NCBI GenBank assembly: GCA_951406725.2
Contig: OX597835.1
Location: 41,478,001-41,542,000 of the forward strand
Origin: Octopus vulgaris
Taxonomy: Eukaryota
Length of the DNA stretch: 64,000 bases
Direction of reading: 5' to 3'
Part shown: piece by piece, positions 36,284 to 49,481 of the stretch
Position numbering within the stretch: position 1 is the first letter of the stretch
Layout of the letters: each line of letters opens with the position of its first letter
Translations under genes and position numbers: made by a program
Notes under the pieces: generated by a model
The model's input: only the letters and a program-made list of their open reading frames with translations
Database searches by the model: none
What the model was told of the DNA's origin: nothing

Positions 36284-37935
36284 ATGGGGTTCTTTAGTTT
36301 TTCACCTACCAAATCCACTCACAAGACTTTGGTCAACTTATGGCTATAGTAGAGGGCACTTGCTCATGGTGCCATGCCTTGAGACTGAACTCGGAAAAAC
36401 GTGGCTGAGAAAGCAATATATAGTGGTTAGAACATCAAGCTCACAATCATAAGCTAGTGAGTTCAATTCCTGGACCAGGCTGTGTTGTATTCTCTAGAGC
36501 AAGTCACATTATTCCACATTGTTCCAGTTCACTCAGCTGTAGAAATTAGTTGTGATATCCCTAGTGCCAGGCTGTATCAGCTTTTGCCTTTCCCTTGGAT
36601 AACATCAGTGGCGTGGAGAGGAGGGGTTCATTATGCATGGGTGACTGCTGGTTTTCCACAAACAACCTTGCCCAGATTTGTGCCTAGGTGTAATTCTATG
36701 TGGTTATTTATGACCAAAGGGGGTCTTTACCCTTTATCCTTTTACCAGAGCCATAGAACTTTGAGGAAGCCTTGACTATATCTAGCTAGTAGCATCTGGC
36801 CTGCTCCTTACCTGCAAAGGTTGTGACATTCCAGTTATCAGCTGACAGGATTTGCTCCTGGAGCCGGGTCAGTAATGTGCCAACTTCAGCATTCAGTTAT
36901 CAGAGAAAGGAAAGTAGGTGTAAAAGGTAAAGGTTAAGTTACCTTCTCGAGTCGTGTCAACTCTAAAGGGCCAGTTTCCATGGCGCCAGCTGAGTGGACT
37001 GGAGCAATGTGAAATGAAGTGTTTTGCTCAAGAACACAATGCAACACCTGGTCCAGGAATTGAAACCATAATCTTATGATCAGGAGTCCAATACCATAAC
37101 CATTAAGCCACATACTTCCACAGGTGTAAAAGACAAAAACTTGCTATTGGTGTTCACTTATGGTCATGAATCTTGGGTAATGACTGAAAGAATATGATTG
37201 AGAATACAAGCAGTCAAAACAGAATTCCTCAGAAGGCCCTTTCAAGTAACATTATTGGGCAGAGTAACAGAAAGCCCTTTCAAGTAACATTATTACGCAG
37301 CGAGCTGGCAGAAATGTTAGCACGCCTGGTGAGATGCTTAGCAGTATTTCCTCTGCTATTACGTTCTGAGTTCAAATTCTGCCGAAGTTGACTTATCCTT
37401 TCAGGGTCGATAAATTAAGTACCAGTTGCGCACTGGCCTCAATGTAATTGACTCAATTCCTTTATCTGTCCTTGTTTGTCTCCACTGTGTTTATCCCCTT
37501 GTGGGCAACAAAGAATAAAATTATTTGGCATAGTGTGTAGCTTGGAGGTCAGAAGATTATAGCAGATGTGTTGAGAAGGGAACTGTAACAGAAGGCTCAT
37601 AGTTGATGAACACTATGGTACAAGTACTATAGAAAACTATAGAGAGATGCTACTTCTCTGAATTGAGAGAGAACACACCCCCAGTACTATGGACATGTGA
37701 TAAGAATGTTCCAGGAAAGAATCATTGGACAGGTTTTATAGGAAAGAAACAACCAGCTGGAGACCATGGGATAGGATAGAAGTTTCGATAACATCCATGA
37801 GCTTGCTTGGTTTCACTTGGGGATTCATCTAGATCCATTGGAGACAGGTGCTTCTGACAGAACCCAATGGAAGGTGTGCTTGAGGACTCTCCTATGAATG
37901 AGTGGGTGAAGAAGATGAGATACACACACACACAC

Positions 37936-38145
37936 ACATCAGGAAAGAGTAGTAGTAGTAGATCTGGCAGAGTTTCTACAGCTGGATGCCCTTCCTAACG
38001 CCAACCACTCCAAGTACCACCTGACTGGCCCTCGTGCCGGTAGCACATAAAAGCACCCACTACACTCTTGGAGTGGTTGGCGTTAGGAAGGGCATCCAGC
38101 TGTAGAAACTCTGCCAGAACTACTACTACTACTCTTTCCTGATGT
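37936..38145. repeat. 79-bp fold-back inverted repeat
   Basis: Arms 37936-38014 and 38067-38145, with one mismatch and a 52-nt spacer. Confidence 0.9.
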
Positions 38146-39556
38146 TCTGTCATATTTTCTCTTATCCACACCTTGTACCTTCAGAGTATGATCTGACACC
38201 TTGTCGCCACTATTCTCATCTTCTTTCCAGGAACTCCCATTCATTTTCTTATAATGGGGGGTAGCCCTGCAACAAGACACCTGTGTCACACCCATGTCTA
38301 CTTTACACACCCCACTCAGTCGAGGGGTTCTTTCTTTGTTCTGTGAGTTATTTGGTTACTCCAATAACACTGCTCTACGCAAATAAAAAAAAAAGAAAGG
38401 AAGAAAAAACACCTAGTACACTTCTTAAAGTAGTTAGTGTTAGGGAGGGTATCCAGTCCTAGAAACCATACCAAAAACACTGGAACTCAAACAGTCCTCC
38501 AACTCCTTGGATCCTGTCAAACCGTTCAACCCATGCCAGCTGGAAAAAGGGACGTTAAATGATGATGACGACACATGTTTATATATATGGTAATCTATTT
38601 TCGGCTGTGTTGGATCAGTATAATAAACATTCAGGCCTATGGCGAGGGTTTGATGAAAAACAATTACTCAATTTTCGAACTTTGCTCAGAATTCCTCCAT
38701 TGCATTTACATGTTTGTTGTTTTTTTGTGTTTATGCCGCATAAACAGTAAAAAAAATATTTTTTCAAAGTATTCCGAGTCATGTGAAAAGTGTTGCCACC
38801 ACTATGACAGACAGTCAAGTATTTTCCTCGGCCAATAAAAGAAAACAATATCTATCTACAATTTCCTTGTATACTTAAAGTACTAAACGCAGTTGGGTAA
38901 ATACTTTTTTACGCCATTTTAATTATATTTTTACATTAATTTTTTTCACCTCCGACAATGGCATTGATAGTATCTAAAAGATGCTTCACTTTTATTGAAC
39001 GTAGCTTTGACCAGCAGGAATTTATGTCATTAGACTATATGCAACGATCGCTGTACCCCGACCTGGGCCGTAACACCTTCCCGTTGGTTGGTCAGCAGAG
39101 GCGGCCAAATCACAACTAATCACCTCTTCGCTCCCAGCTGACTTGCTGTTATAGTGAAGTCATGTTGATATTTTTTTTTAAATGCACGTACGGAAACATA
39201 TTCACATTTACTTTTAATATTTTGTAGTAGTAGTGGTGGTGGTGCTACTACTACTACTACTACTAATAATAATAATAATCCTTTCTACTATAAGCACAAG
39301 ACCTGAAATTTTGGGGGCGATGTCTAGTTGATTAACCAGTTGTCGACTGGTTTATATTTTAACGACCTCGAAAAGTTGAAAGGCAAAGTCGACTTCGGCG
39401 GAATAATAATAATATATATTATTAGGTTATAAACACTTCTGTCGTATGACAACGAGCTGGTTACTAACTCCTCTACTTCCTGGCAATGACCATAAGTGAC
39501 GGGGACATAAACACACCACTATCGGTTGTCAAGCAATACTAGGGGGACAAACACAG

Positions 39557-39743
<187 letters not shown>

Positions 39744-40124
39744 ACGGGCTTTCACTTTCCGTCTTTGGTCGGCCTGAGGCTATAGTAGAAGACACTTGCC
39801 CAAGATGCCACGCAGTGGGACTGAACTGGGAACAATAACAATGTGGTTGGTAAGCAAGCTACTGACCACACAGCCACTCCTGTGCCTATATGTATTTCTT
39901 TACTACCCACAAGGGGCTAAACACAGAGGGGACCAACAAGGACAGACAAAGGGATTAAGTTTATTACATCTACCCCAGTGCGTAACTGGTACTTAATTTA
40001 TCAACCCCGAAAGGATGAAAGGCAAAGTCGACCTCGGCGAAGAGAGTGTTGTGTGTGAAATTGGCTGTTATTTCCGGGATCTGAATTTTCCTTACGTTAA
40101 AACGAACAATTTATAAATACGAAC

Positions 40125-40239
40125 CCTTGGGTGGTGTCCAGTGTTTGCGTCCATAGGAATGCTTAAGTAGTAAGTATTCTATCTGACTGTGTAGACGTCG
40201 GTAAACAATTAATCCAGCGGCTGCGACTTGGGCTGTCAT
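40125..40239 (-). CDS. NUDT2: NUDT2 coding exon 1
   Basis: ATG at 40239: MTAQVAAAGLIVYRRLHSQIEYLLLKHSYGRKHWTPPK-G|gttcgt. This matches the human NUDT2 N-terminus (ACGLIIFRR..EFLLLQ..HHWTPPKG). Phase 1 joins exon 2 to give 143 aa. Confidence 0.93.
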
Positions 40240-40670
40240 CACTGAAGAATTTAGAATCAGACGGAATTTACCTTGAAATATTAAAATATATTTTATACAT
40301 CAAATAAAAAAATAAATTGCAAAGTTAAAAAGAGCTGAACAAATATATTCTTCAACAGTAAAGTAGTTTAATAAGCGACAGAAAAAAAACAAAAACAGTA
40401 GGTTTTAGTTGCTAGCAACAAATCAAGACATACCTATAAGGTACTAATTGGAGCGGTGTAATGGGAAAATAGTAAGCGGCTAAAAAATGTTTACTACTCG
40501 GTCTAAATGGAAATTAGACTAAAAGCGTGTTAGATTTGGTATACGTTTAGTGATTAAACGAAAGGAAACATGGAAATATAATTGGCGGACAGTCCACCAT
40601 GTAATCAGTATACAATAGTAGCATTTAGACTAATTTATTTATGCAACAACCACGTATTATATATTTCCAC

Positions 40671-40702
<32 letters not shown>

Positions 40703-41530
40703 TTAGAATGATAAAGTCTTGTACATTCCTGAGTTCAGCAATGGACAGTGTGAAGCATGAGTGTAATGTTTATCTATGTTAAGGAATATTTATTTTTAAT
40801 TACAAACCACGTTGTCCTTTATAATTGTATTCCGGTATGAACCGGTGTTACCCCAAAACATTCCCTGCTTCAGTCACACCAGAATCTGTCCATTTACCAA
40901 CATTTTTTCTTCTTTGGAACATCAACATTTACAATATGCAGTAAGATTTTAATTGTTCTGTTTTGTTTTAATCGTATTCTAATTAATAACATGTCACATG
41001 CCCGTAGGGTTGTTTGGTTTGTCGTTTGCTTAAGACACACGTCTCATAAATACTCAATTTGTTGTCATGTCTTTTACCAAAGAAACACTCAAACCATTAA
41101 TCTTTGCTGTTTCTTGTCGCGACAGTTTAAAACACATGACAAAACATTATTTCGTCATTTTATGTGCATAACGATGATTTTCGGTCTTTAATTATTTACT
41201 CTGTGCAGATTGTACGGCAACTAACAGTTGTTTTAGCTTGGAAGCAGTTTCTTAAATCTTTGGGGACCTTGATTTATTTATCACCTTTCATGAAAACCAA
41301 TTGTTTATTACACTGATTACGATAATGACTGCAGTGCTAATTAAAGTAGTGTTTGTGAGGTTTCTTTAATAATGATTTTGATACTGAAGAAGTTAATGTT
41401 GATGACAAGCGAAATTATAAATGTAATCAACGGAAATCACAAACGTTTTTTTTTTCCTTCTTCCGCTTCCTACTTTGTTTTGACGAATGACTTTTATCTG
41501 AAACGTTGACTGTCTTTCACATCCCCGCAC
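40240..41530. promoter_or_regulatory. Putative shared (bidirectional) promoter region of NUDT2 and HENMT1
   Basis: Largely non-repetitive interval between divergently oriented genes. CCAAT motifs at ~40447 and ~40581; ETS-like CTTCCG/CGGAA at ~41430-41470. TSS positions are unknown. Confidence 0.35.
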
Positions 41531-41689
41531 AGTGTCAAATACATTGACTTTGCACTATTCCAGTTTTGTTTTTGTCGTTCGTGTCCCCTCTGGATATTCG
41601 TTTTTGGGGTTTTTTTGTCTTTTTGTTTTAGCTGATAAAAACATCTTCCTTCGGCACATTTAGTCTCTCATTTGTATTCGCAACAGCAA

Positions 41690-42395
41690 TCAGTGTAGTT
41701 TCTCTAGAACCAGGACTCTCCTATTTCACATGTCCGTAGTCTCTCACCATTGAAAACTGCACCAAAGTGAATGTTATTGTCTTGGACATCAGTAAATAAC
41801 TGGTGTGAATATCTCATAGCTAAGTTGCACACCAATGAACTTCATGCGTCTCTTATTTCCTGAATCTGATCAACTCCATTATTGCAACCCTTTCCTGTCT
41901 ACACTCCGTCAACGTTTGGTTATATCTCTCTCGGTTTTCCTTCCATACCCTAATTGCCTACCTGTTGTTATTTCTAACCATGTGCTCTTGTGCAGGTGTT
42001 ACTACTCTTCAATACTTAACTATCCACACATGGGCACCATCCACATGCAATCTATACACTTCATGTTTACACCTACAGCTCTGGTGAACAGGGGCTTGGA
42101 AGGCATTCGTTAATAGGAGTGAGTTGAGATATGACCACCCAGATTCCTTCAGTAACACCGAGATACATTTAGTTACATTTATCAAGGAACCACTGCAGGA
42201 CTCTTTACCTATGTTCAAACTAAATTCTCTAAATCATTGCAAATTCTAGGTCACAGTCTCTCATTGCAACAAACAAACACCACAAAAGCTACTTTCCAGT
42301 GACTTACTTTCCTCTTCAGGGCCTGAAAATTACTTCAGCTTAACATCTATACGACTCACATTGGTGTACTGGTCACATATTTGGAATGGTATGGC
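41690..42395 (+). mobile_element. Highly decayed CR1/Jockey-like LINE RT fragment
   Basis: NVIVLDISK (compare LDISKAFD) and a ..YWSHIWNG-like relic. A similar C-terminal relic lies on minus at ~63275-63650. Confidence 0.45.
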
Positions 42396-44177
42396 TGCTA
42401 CACACAAACATTCTCATCATCATCATCATCATTGTGTAGCGTCCGCTTTCCATGCTAGCATGGGTTGGATGGTTCAACTGGGGTCTGGGGAGCCAGAAGG
42501 CTGCACCAGGCCCAGTCTGATCTGGCAATGTTTCTATGACTGGATGCCCTTCCTAACGCCAACCACTCCGTGAGTGTAGTGGGTGCTTTTTACGTGCCAC
42601 CGGCACAGGTGCCAGACAAGGCTGGCAAACGGCCACGATTGGGTGGTGCTTTTTATGTGCCACCGGCACGAGGCCAGTCGGGGCGGCACTGGCAACAGCC
42701 ACATTCAGATGGTTCTCTACAGAAAGTGATGCTACAAAAATCCTTCAAAAAAACATTATGACCATCAGTTTGCAGATGTGTTGTTTCTTCTCTCTTCTTC
42801 AAGCACTATTACAATGACCTCCATTCCTCTAAATTAACATGCTGTATGCTTCCCCTGTCCTGTTGACATGTAGGAGTCAGTGCAAGATCAGGGGAGAGAG
42901 AGAGAGGGGGCACAAGGAGAGACAATGTAAGGTGACAGGCTTGAGTGGAAATGCCATAAAACCAGCCAGCTCTGATAAGACCATTGTATTTGGGCGGCGA
43001 GCTGGCAGAACCGTTAGCACGCCGGGCAAAATGCTTAGCGGTATTTTGTCCGCCGTTACATTCTGAGTTCAAATTCCGCCGAGGTCGACTTTGACTTTCA
43101 TCCTTTCGGGGTCGATAAATTAAGTACCAGTTACGCACTGGGGTCGATATAATCGACTTAATCCGTTTGTCTGTCCTTGTTTGTCCTCTCTGTGTTTAAC
43201 CCCTTGTGGGTAGTAAAGAAATAGGCTTGAGTGGAAATGCCATAAAACCAGCCAGCTCTGATAAGACCACTGTATTGGTGATAGAACGTAGAAACATGTC
43301 AGTAGATCAGAGGTTGCAGTGTATTGGTCACTTCTGGCTAATCTATCAGATGGTCAATTTTGGATGCAGGCTGGGATGTTTTCTTGTGCAGTTGCAGTAC
43401 CATATTATACTGTATTTACCTATTTCTTTACTACCCACAAGGGGCTAAACACAGAGGGGACAAACAAGGACAGACATAGGTATTAAGTCGATTACATCGA
43501 CCCCAGTGAGTAACTGGTACTTAATTTATTGACCCCAAAAGGATGAAAGGCAAAGTCGACCTTGGCGGAATTTGAACTCAGAACGTAATGGCAACCTTGC
43601 ATTTGTATGGTACTTATTGACAGCTGAGTTGTTCAGAGTTTAGTACCCTTGCTGGAAAGTCTGTGCAGCATTGGTAATAAAATATAAATAACCATTCGTG
43701 TTAACATTTTCGTCTCTCGTGGTAATATGGATCTTTTATTCATTCATCAATATTTTTGAAGAAATATTATTTTATTTAAAACATGAAGGTTCTTTAAATA
43801 AAAATGGTTTTATTTAAACTATGATTTTTAGAAACAAAATTGTACTTTGATATTTATTTTGTTGTATCTTGGGAGGATTATTATGCCAATAATAATAAAC
43901 ACCTGCACTGGTTCAAAATTTCTTTATTGTTAGTCAGTTGATTAAATATCTAACTGGCTAACTAATTGACAGTTTGTTTAATATGCTAGTAAACAACCAG
44001 TCGGTTGTTTGTTTGTCAAAGTCCGTTCATCATCATTTGTGACCTTATCAGTGACATATCCTCTCTCTTGAAGATCAGCCTTGATTCTCAAGAGTTTTAT
44101 TGGTTATTTTTTTCTATATTTTTTTTCTTCTGGCAGTGATTGTTAAGTGAAAGAATTTACCAAGTTTTGTTGGTACA

Positions 44178-44444
44178 ATGTCAGACGCTATGACAAATTT
44201 CCAAACTCAGTCAAGCAGTGATAGGAACTGTTGTTCAAACACACACAATATAAGCAACGGAACAGATGAAGAGACGTGCCAAGAGGAGTCTTGTGACAGC
44301 AGCGCCACAGAAAACATAGCCACCAAAGAGGATGGCAAAAACACAGATGAAAAGCATTCCAAATTTACTGGCTTTGGTATTCCGTTGAACGTACAGAGAT
44401 ATGAGGCTGTGAGGAAGGAATTAGGAAAAGAAAACGTAGAATCG
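44178..44444 (+). CDS. HENMT1: HENMT1/Hen1 small RNA 2'-O-methyltransferase, coding exon 1
   Basis: Upstream acceptor ttcttctggcag|44137 implies a non-coding first exon. MSDAM...FTGFGIPLNVQRYEAVRKEL...VES|gtaaga (compare FKPPLYRQRYQFV). Phase 0. Confidence 0.88.
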
Positions 44445-46628
44445 GTAAGACACATTCTAATTTCTAAAAGCAGTTCAAGCACTGGTATAATTCAAGTTTA
44501 TTGAGGAATTTAAAAATGTAACAGAATGAATATTTAAATTCATACATTTGCATCATCACCATCATCATCATCGTCTTCATTTTAACCTCCACTTTACCAT
44601 GCTTGCATGGGTTGGTTGGAATTTGTTGAGGCAGCTTTTCCTATGTCCAAATGCTCCTCTTGTAACCAGTCCTCGCCTGTTTCCAAGTAAGATACTATTT
44701 CACCAAAAATGAATGACACTGCCTATATAACAGTGACACTTCTTTACAACTAAAATGAGATGTTAAGACAAGGAGACACAAACACACACACCCTTACAGT
44801 CATATTCACACATACATACATACATGCATGCACACACACACACACACACATGATATGATTCTTTCAGTTTCCATCTACGATTTCCATTCACAAAGCTTTA
44901 GTGAGCCCAGGACTACAATAGAAGACACTTGCCTAAGGTGGGACTGAACCAAAAACTATTTGCTTGAACAAACTTCTTATCCACAGCTATTCCTGTACCT
45001 ACACACACACACATGTATGATTTATAAAAACACGTGACATATAAATAAAAATTTGTAAATATAAAACCATCCAGATTTCTGAGTACCTTATTTCTTCTGA
45101 TATATAATACCTGTACATCATCTCCAAACCTTCTAATATATATATATACACACATAATGTGTGTATGTGAGATAATAGTCTCAGTATTAATAGTCATCAT
45201 CATCATTGTTTAACGTCCGCTTTCCATGCTAGCATGGGTTGGACGGTTCAACTGGGGTCTGGGAAGCCAGGAGGCTGCACCAGACCCAGTTTGATCTGGC
45301 AGTGTTTCTCCAGCTGGATGCCCTCCCTAACACCAACCACTCCGTGAGTGTAGTGGGTGCTTTTTACATGCCAGGCAAGGCTGGCAATGGTTACGATCGG
45401 TTGGTGCTTTTTATGTGCCACCGAAATTATTAAACTGAAAGTATTATCTCACATTACAATAAAGTTGTTACTGTTTCACTTTTGACATGTAATATTGAAA
45501 TAGTGTAAGAGATAAGAGATTGCTCTGGGCTCACATTAGGCAAGAAGTTGAAAATTGTTTTGGCCCATGACACTGTATGGACCCTAAGTAAAGCATGTGC
45601 AAAATTTGGATGAAATCAGTCGGGTAGTTTTCGAGTTTTAGTAATGTACACATACAGTGTGGTGTATGTGAGTCTGAAGTTGCGTTATACTTAAAAAACA
45701 CTAAACAAGTTATGGAAACAAGTAAGAGCATAGAGGAAACTACTTGGCCATAGTGTTTGAACCTTTCTGGATCTTGTCATTCATTCACATACCCTTATTT
45801 CAGTACTTTACTAAAAGTGGCCCCAAAATTACCTTTGAGGAACCATTGGAAATATTTCCAAAATGTCCTTTCAATGTTTCACGCCTCTTGCTGTCAAACC
45901 CTACGAGTAAACCCTTTGGACATTTTTCCCTTCTCTTATATCTGTGGACTTCAGTCCAACTGAGATCTATCCCACTACCTTGAAAGACACAAATCTGTAT
46001 GAAAGGCAATTTAGACATGTTTCCACCTTATTAGAACTCCTCAGCAATATACATTACTGTACAAAACTCTACTTGTGAAGACCTGTTAAGGCAAGTGAAA
46101 ATCAAAATTGAAATCGATCAACATCAATGGAAATTGTAGTTGTGATACCAGTGCCGGTGGCACATGATAGAATCATCCAAACTTGGCCGTTGCCAGCACC
46201 GCCCCGACTGGCCTCCATACTGGTGGCACGTAAAAAGCACCATCCGATCGTGGCCGTTGCCAGCCTCGTCTGGCACCTTTGTCGGTGGCATGTAAAAAGC
46301 ACCCACTACACTCACAGAGTGGTTGGCGTTAGGAAGGGCATCCAGCCGTAGAAACTCTGCCAGATCAGACTGGGCCTGGAGCAGCCTTCTGGCTTCCCAG
46401 ACCCCAGTTGAACCGTCCAACCCATACTAGCATGGAAAGCGGACGTTAAACGATGATGATGTTGATGATGATGTACAGAATAATTAATACAGCCGGATTA
46501 TTTCTAATTACATTCTTTAATTTACACTACATCAAATGTTTTAACACTAACTTAACTGTTGCTATTTCATGTGGAAGGGATCCCAGGGTAATTTACCATT
46601 CTCAAATAGACTCTCTTTGTCATTGCAG

Positions 46629-46870
46629 TGTATTGACTTTGGTTCGTCCGAATGTCGTGTCATCGATCAGTTCAGCCAAATTGCCAGTTTGAAGCAGTTG
46701 GCTCTTGTGGATTTGGACCGAAATACACTTGTGGCCAATCTTCACCGCCTCACTCCACGCCTCATGCACTACTCCCGCTCCGTCCAGCTGACCGTAAATG
46801 TCTACGAAGGAGATGTTACCAAATATGATAGCCGCATGAAGAATTACGATGCAATTACCATGATTGAACT
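46629..46870 (+). CDS. HENMT1: HENMT1 coding exon 2
   Basis: ttgcag|CIDFGSSEC...LALVDLD...LTVNVYEGDVTKYDSRMKNYDAITMIE(L)|gtgagt; SAM motif I region. Confidence 0.93.
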
Positions 46871-49295
46871 GTGAGTCTGATTTCTCTTTTCCTCTCTCTC
46901 TCTCTCTCTCCTCTTGTCCCTTGAAAAACAGTGAAGGGTTTGTAACAGGACAAGCATCCAGCTGTCCTCTCCTCCTCTCTACCTCTTTCCCTCTATTCCT
47001 CTTCCTCTCTTTTAACTCTCTTTTACTTGTTTCAGTCATTTGACTGCGGCCATGCTGGAGCACCGCCTTTAGTTTAAGCAAATTGACCTCGGGACTTATT
47101 CTTTGTAAGCCCAGTACTTATTCTATCGGTTTCTTTTGCCGAACCGCTAAGTGACGGGGACATAAACACACCAGCATTGGTTGTCAAGCAATGCTAGGGG
47201 AACTTCTTTCAGTTTCCGTCTACCAAATCCACTCACAAGGCTTTGGTCAACCCAAGGCTATAGTAGAAGACACTTGCCTAAGATGCCATACAGTGGGACT
47301 GAACCCAGAACCATGTGGTTGGTAAACAAGCTACTTACCACACAGCCACTCCTGCGCCTCTATATCTTTTTATTTTTTTTATTTCATCTAGTTTCAGCTC
47401 ACAAGCTGTGGCCTTGCAGGGGCACCACCATATCTCTCTGCTTCCTTTACATGCTATTACTCTCTCTCTCTCTCTCTCTCTCTCTCACTTTCTTGCTTTC
47501 TCTCTCTGCTTCCTATCTTTCTGGTGAAGGTTGCAGCAATTATTATTTTCAATTACCATTTGAAGAGGAAACCAAGGATAAGGAGGGAGATGCTGCTTTC
47601 TAATGTGTTTTAAGGAATATTGGATGAGAGCAGCAAGGCTGAATGGACTTAACCTGTGTGTGCCTTTTTAAGTAGGAGGAAAGGAAGTCGGGAGAGGGCA
47701 CTCGTATTTCGCCTGCCGTTACGTTCTGAGTTCAAATTCCGCCGAGGTCGAATTTGACTTTCATCCTTTCGGGGTCGATAAATTGCGTACCAGTTACACA
47801 CTGGGGTCGATGTAATCGACTTAATACCTTTGTCTGTCCTTGTTTGTCCTCTCTGTGTTTAGCCCCTTGTGGGTAGTAAAGAAATAGGTTTTCCCCTGAA
47901 ATACTGCTGGTGGTCTTCCCCGAAATTATTTTTCATCTTTTACTTGTTTCAGTCATTAGACCGTGGCCATGCTGGGGCACTAGTGAAACAAATTGACCCC
48001 AGTACTTTTTTTTAAAACCTGGTACCTATTTTATCAGTTTTTATCCCTAAATTACAGGGATTTAAACACGACACATAAAGACCAGTTGTCTAATGGTGGT
48101 TGAAGGACAAACACACACACACATATACACGCCCATATATATGATGGGCTTCTTTCAGTTTCCATCCATCAAATCCACTGAGAAGGCTTTAGTTGGCTTG
48201 AGGCTATTGTAGGAAACACTTGCCAAGTTGCCATGCAGTAGGAAGGCACATGGCCTAGTGGTTAGAGCCGTGGACTCACGGTCGAGAGATTGTGGGTTCG
48301 AATCTCAGACCGGGCAATGTGTGTATTTATGAGCTAAACACCTAAGCTACACACAGCTCCGGCAGAAGGTTGACTTTACTTTTTATCCTTTTAGGGTGAC
48401 TAAAATAACTACCAGTTAGACACTGGGGTCAATGTAATTGACTTACCTGCTTCCCTTAACTTGCTGGCCTTGTGCCAAAATTTGAAACCATTATTATCAT
48501 CATCATCATGCTAGTGCATGCTAATTTGGTTTGCTGGTATGAAATGTTGATGTTTGGTGACAACAAGTCTCTTCAAGTCTCCAGAATCTTCTTTAGGGTT
48601 CTTGCAGAACCTAGGATTATTGTTTTTGTTGTTGCTGTTTGTTTGTTTGTTGAGCGAAGCGGTCTTCATCCCAGGGCTCGCAAGATCGCGCCTCTGTAGT
48701 GGGAGAAGTCCGAAACGTGGTCCTTTGCTATTCGTAAGACCCGCAGAAAAGAAAGCAGGTCAACCCCCGACACCGAGAGCATCGACGGATGGATGAATGC
48801 GCATCCAGGCTCAGCGATTGCGTAGGAAGTCAGGGACAAGAAACAGGAAGAAAGAGTGAGAGAAAGTTGGAGTGAAAGAGTACAACAGGGGTTGCCACCA
48901 CCCCCTGCCGGAGCCTCGTGGAGCTTTAGGTGTTTTCACTCAATAAACACACAACGCCCGGTCTGGGAAGTGAAACCGCAATCCTCCGACAGCGAGTCCA
49001 CTGCCCTAACCACTGGGCCATTGTGCCTCCACTGTTGTTGCTGTTATTAGTAAGGCAGTGATATGGCTGAATTATTCGCATTTCAGCAAAAACGCCTTCC
49101 TATATTTGATCTCACTTTTCACATTCTGAGCTGAAGTCCTGTTGAGATCAGCTTTGCTTTTCATCTTTTCAGGATTCAGTACAGGGACTACACTATTCAC
49201 TTCTCCCAAATTTGGGACTTTGTACCTCTGTAAGAAAACATAAATTGTATTATTTTCTCAATAAAAAAACTAAGAAAAGCTTTTCTTTATCTCAG

Positions 49296-49481
49296 CATTG
49301 AACATCTAATTCCTGAAGATCTGAAGAAATGTTGCAACACGGTATTCAACCAATTGAGGCCAAAGCTTGTTGTCGTAACCACTCCTAACTGTCAGTTCAA
49401 TGTTGTGTTTGGAATGACCGCTGGTGAGATGAGGCACTGGGACCATAAATACGAGTGGACGATGGCGGAATTCCAAAGTTG
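49296..49481 (+). CDS. HENMT1: HENMT1 coding exon 3
   Basis: ctcag|(L)IEHLIPEDL...VVVTTPNCQFNVVF...MRHWDHKYEWTMAEFQS(W)|gtaagt. Contains the Hen1 signatures ExxEH, TPNxxFN and DHxxEW. Confidence 0.95.
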
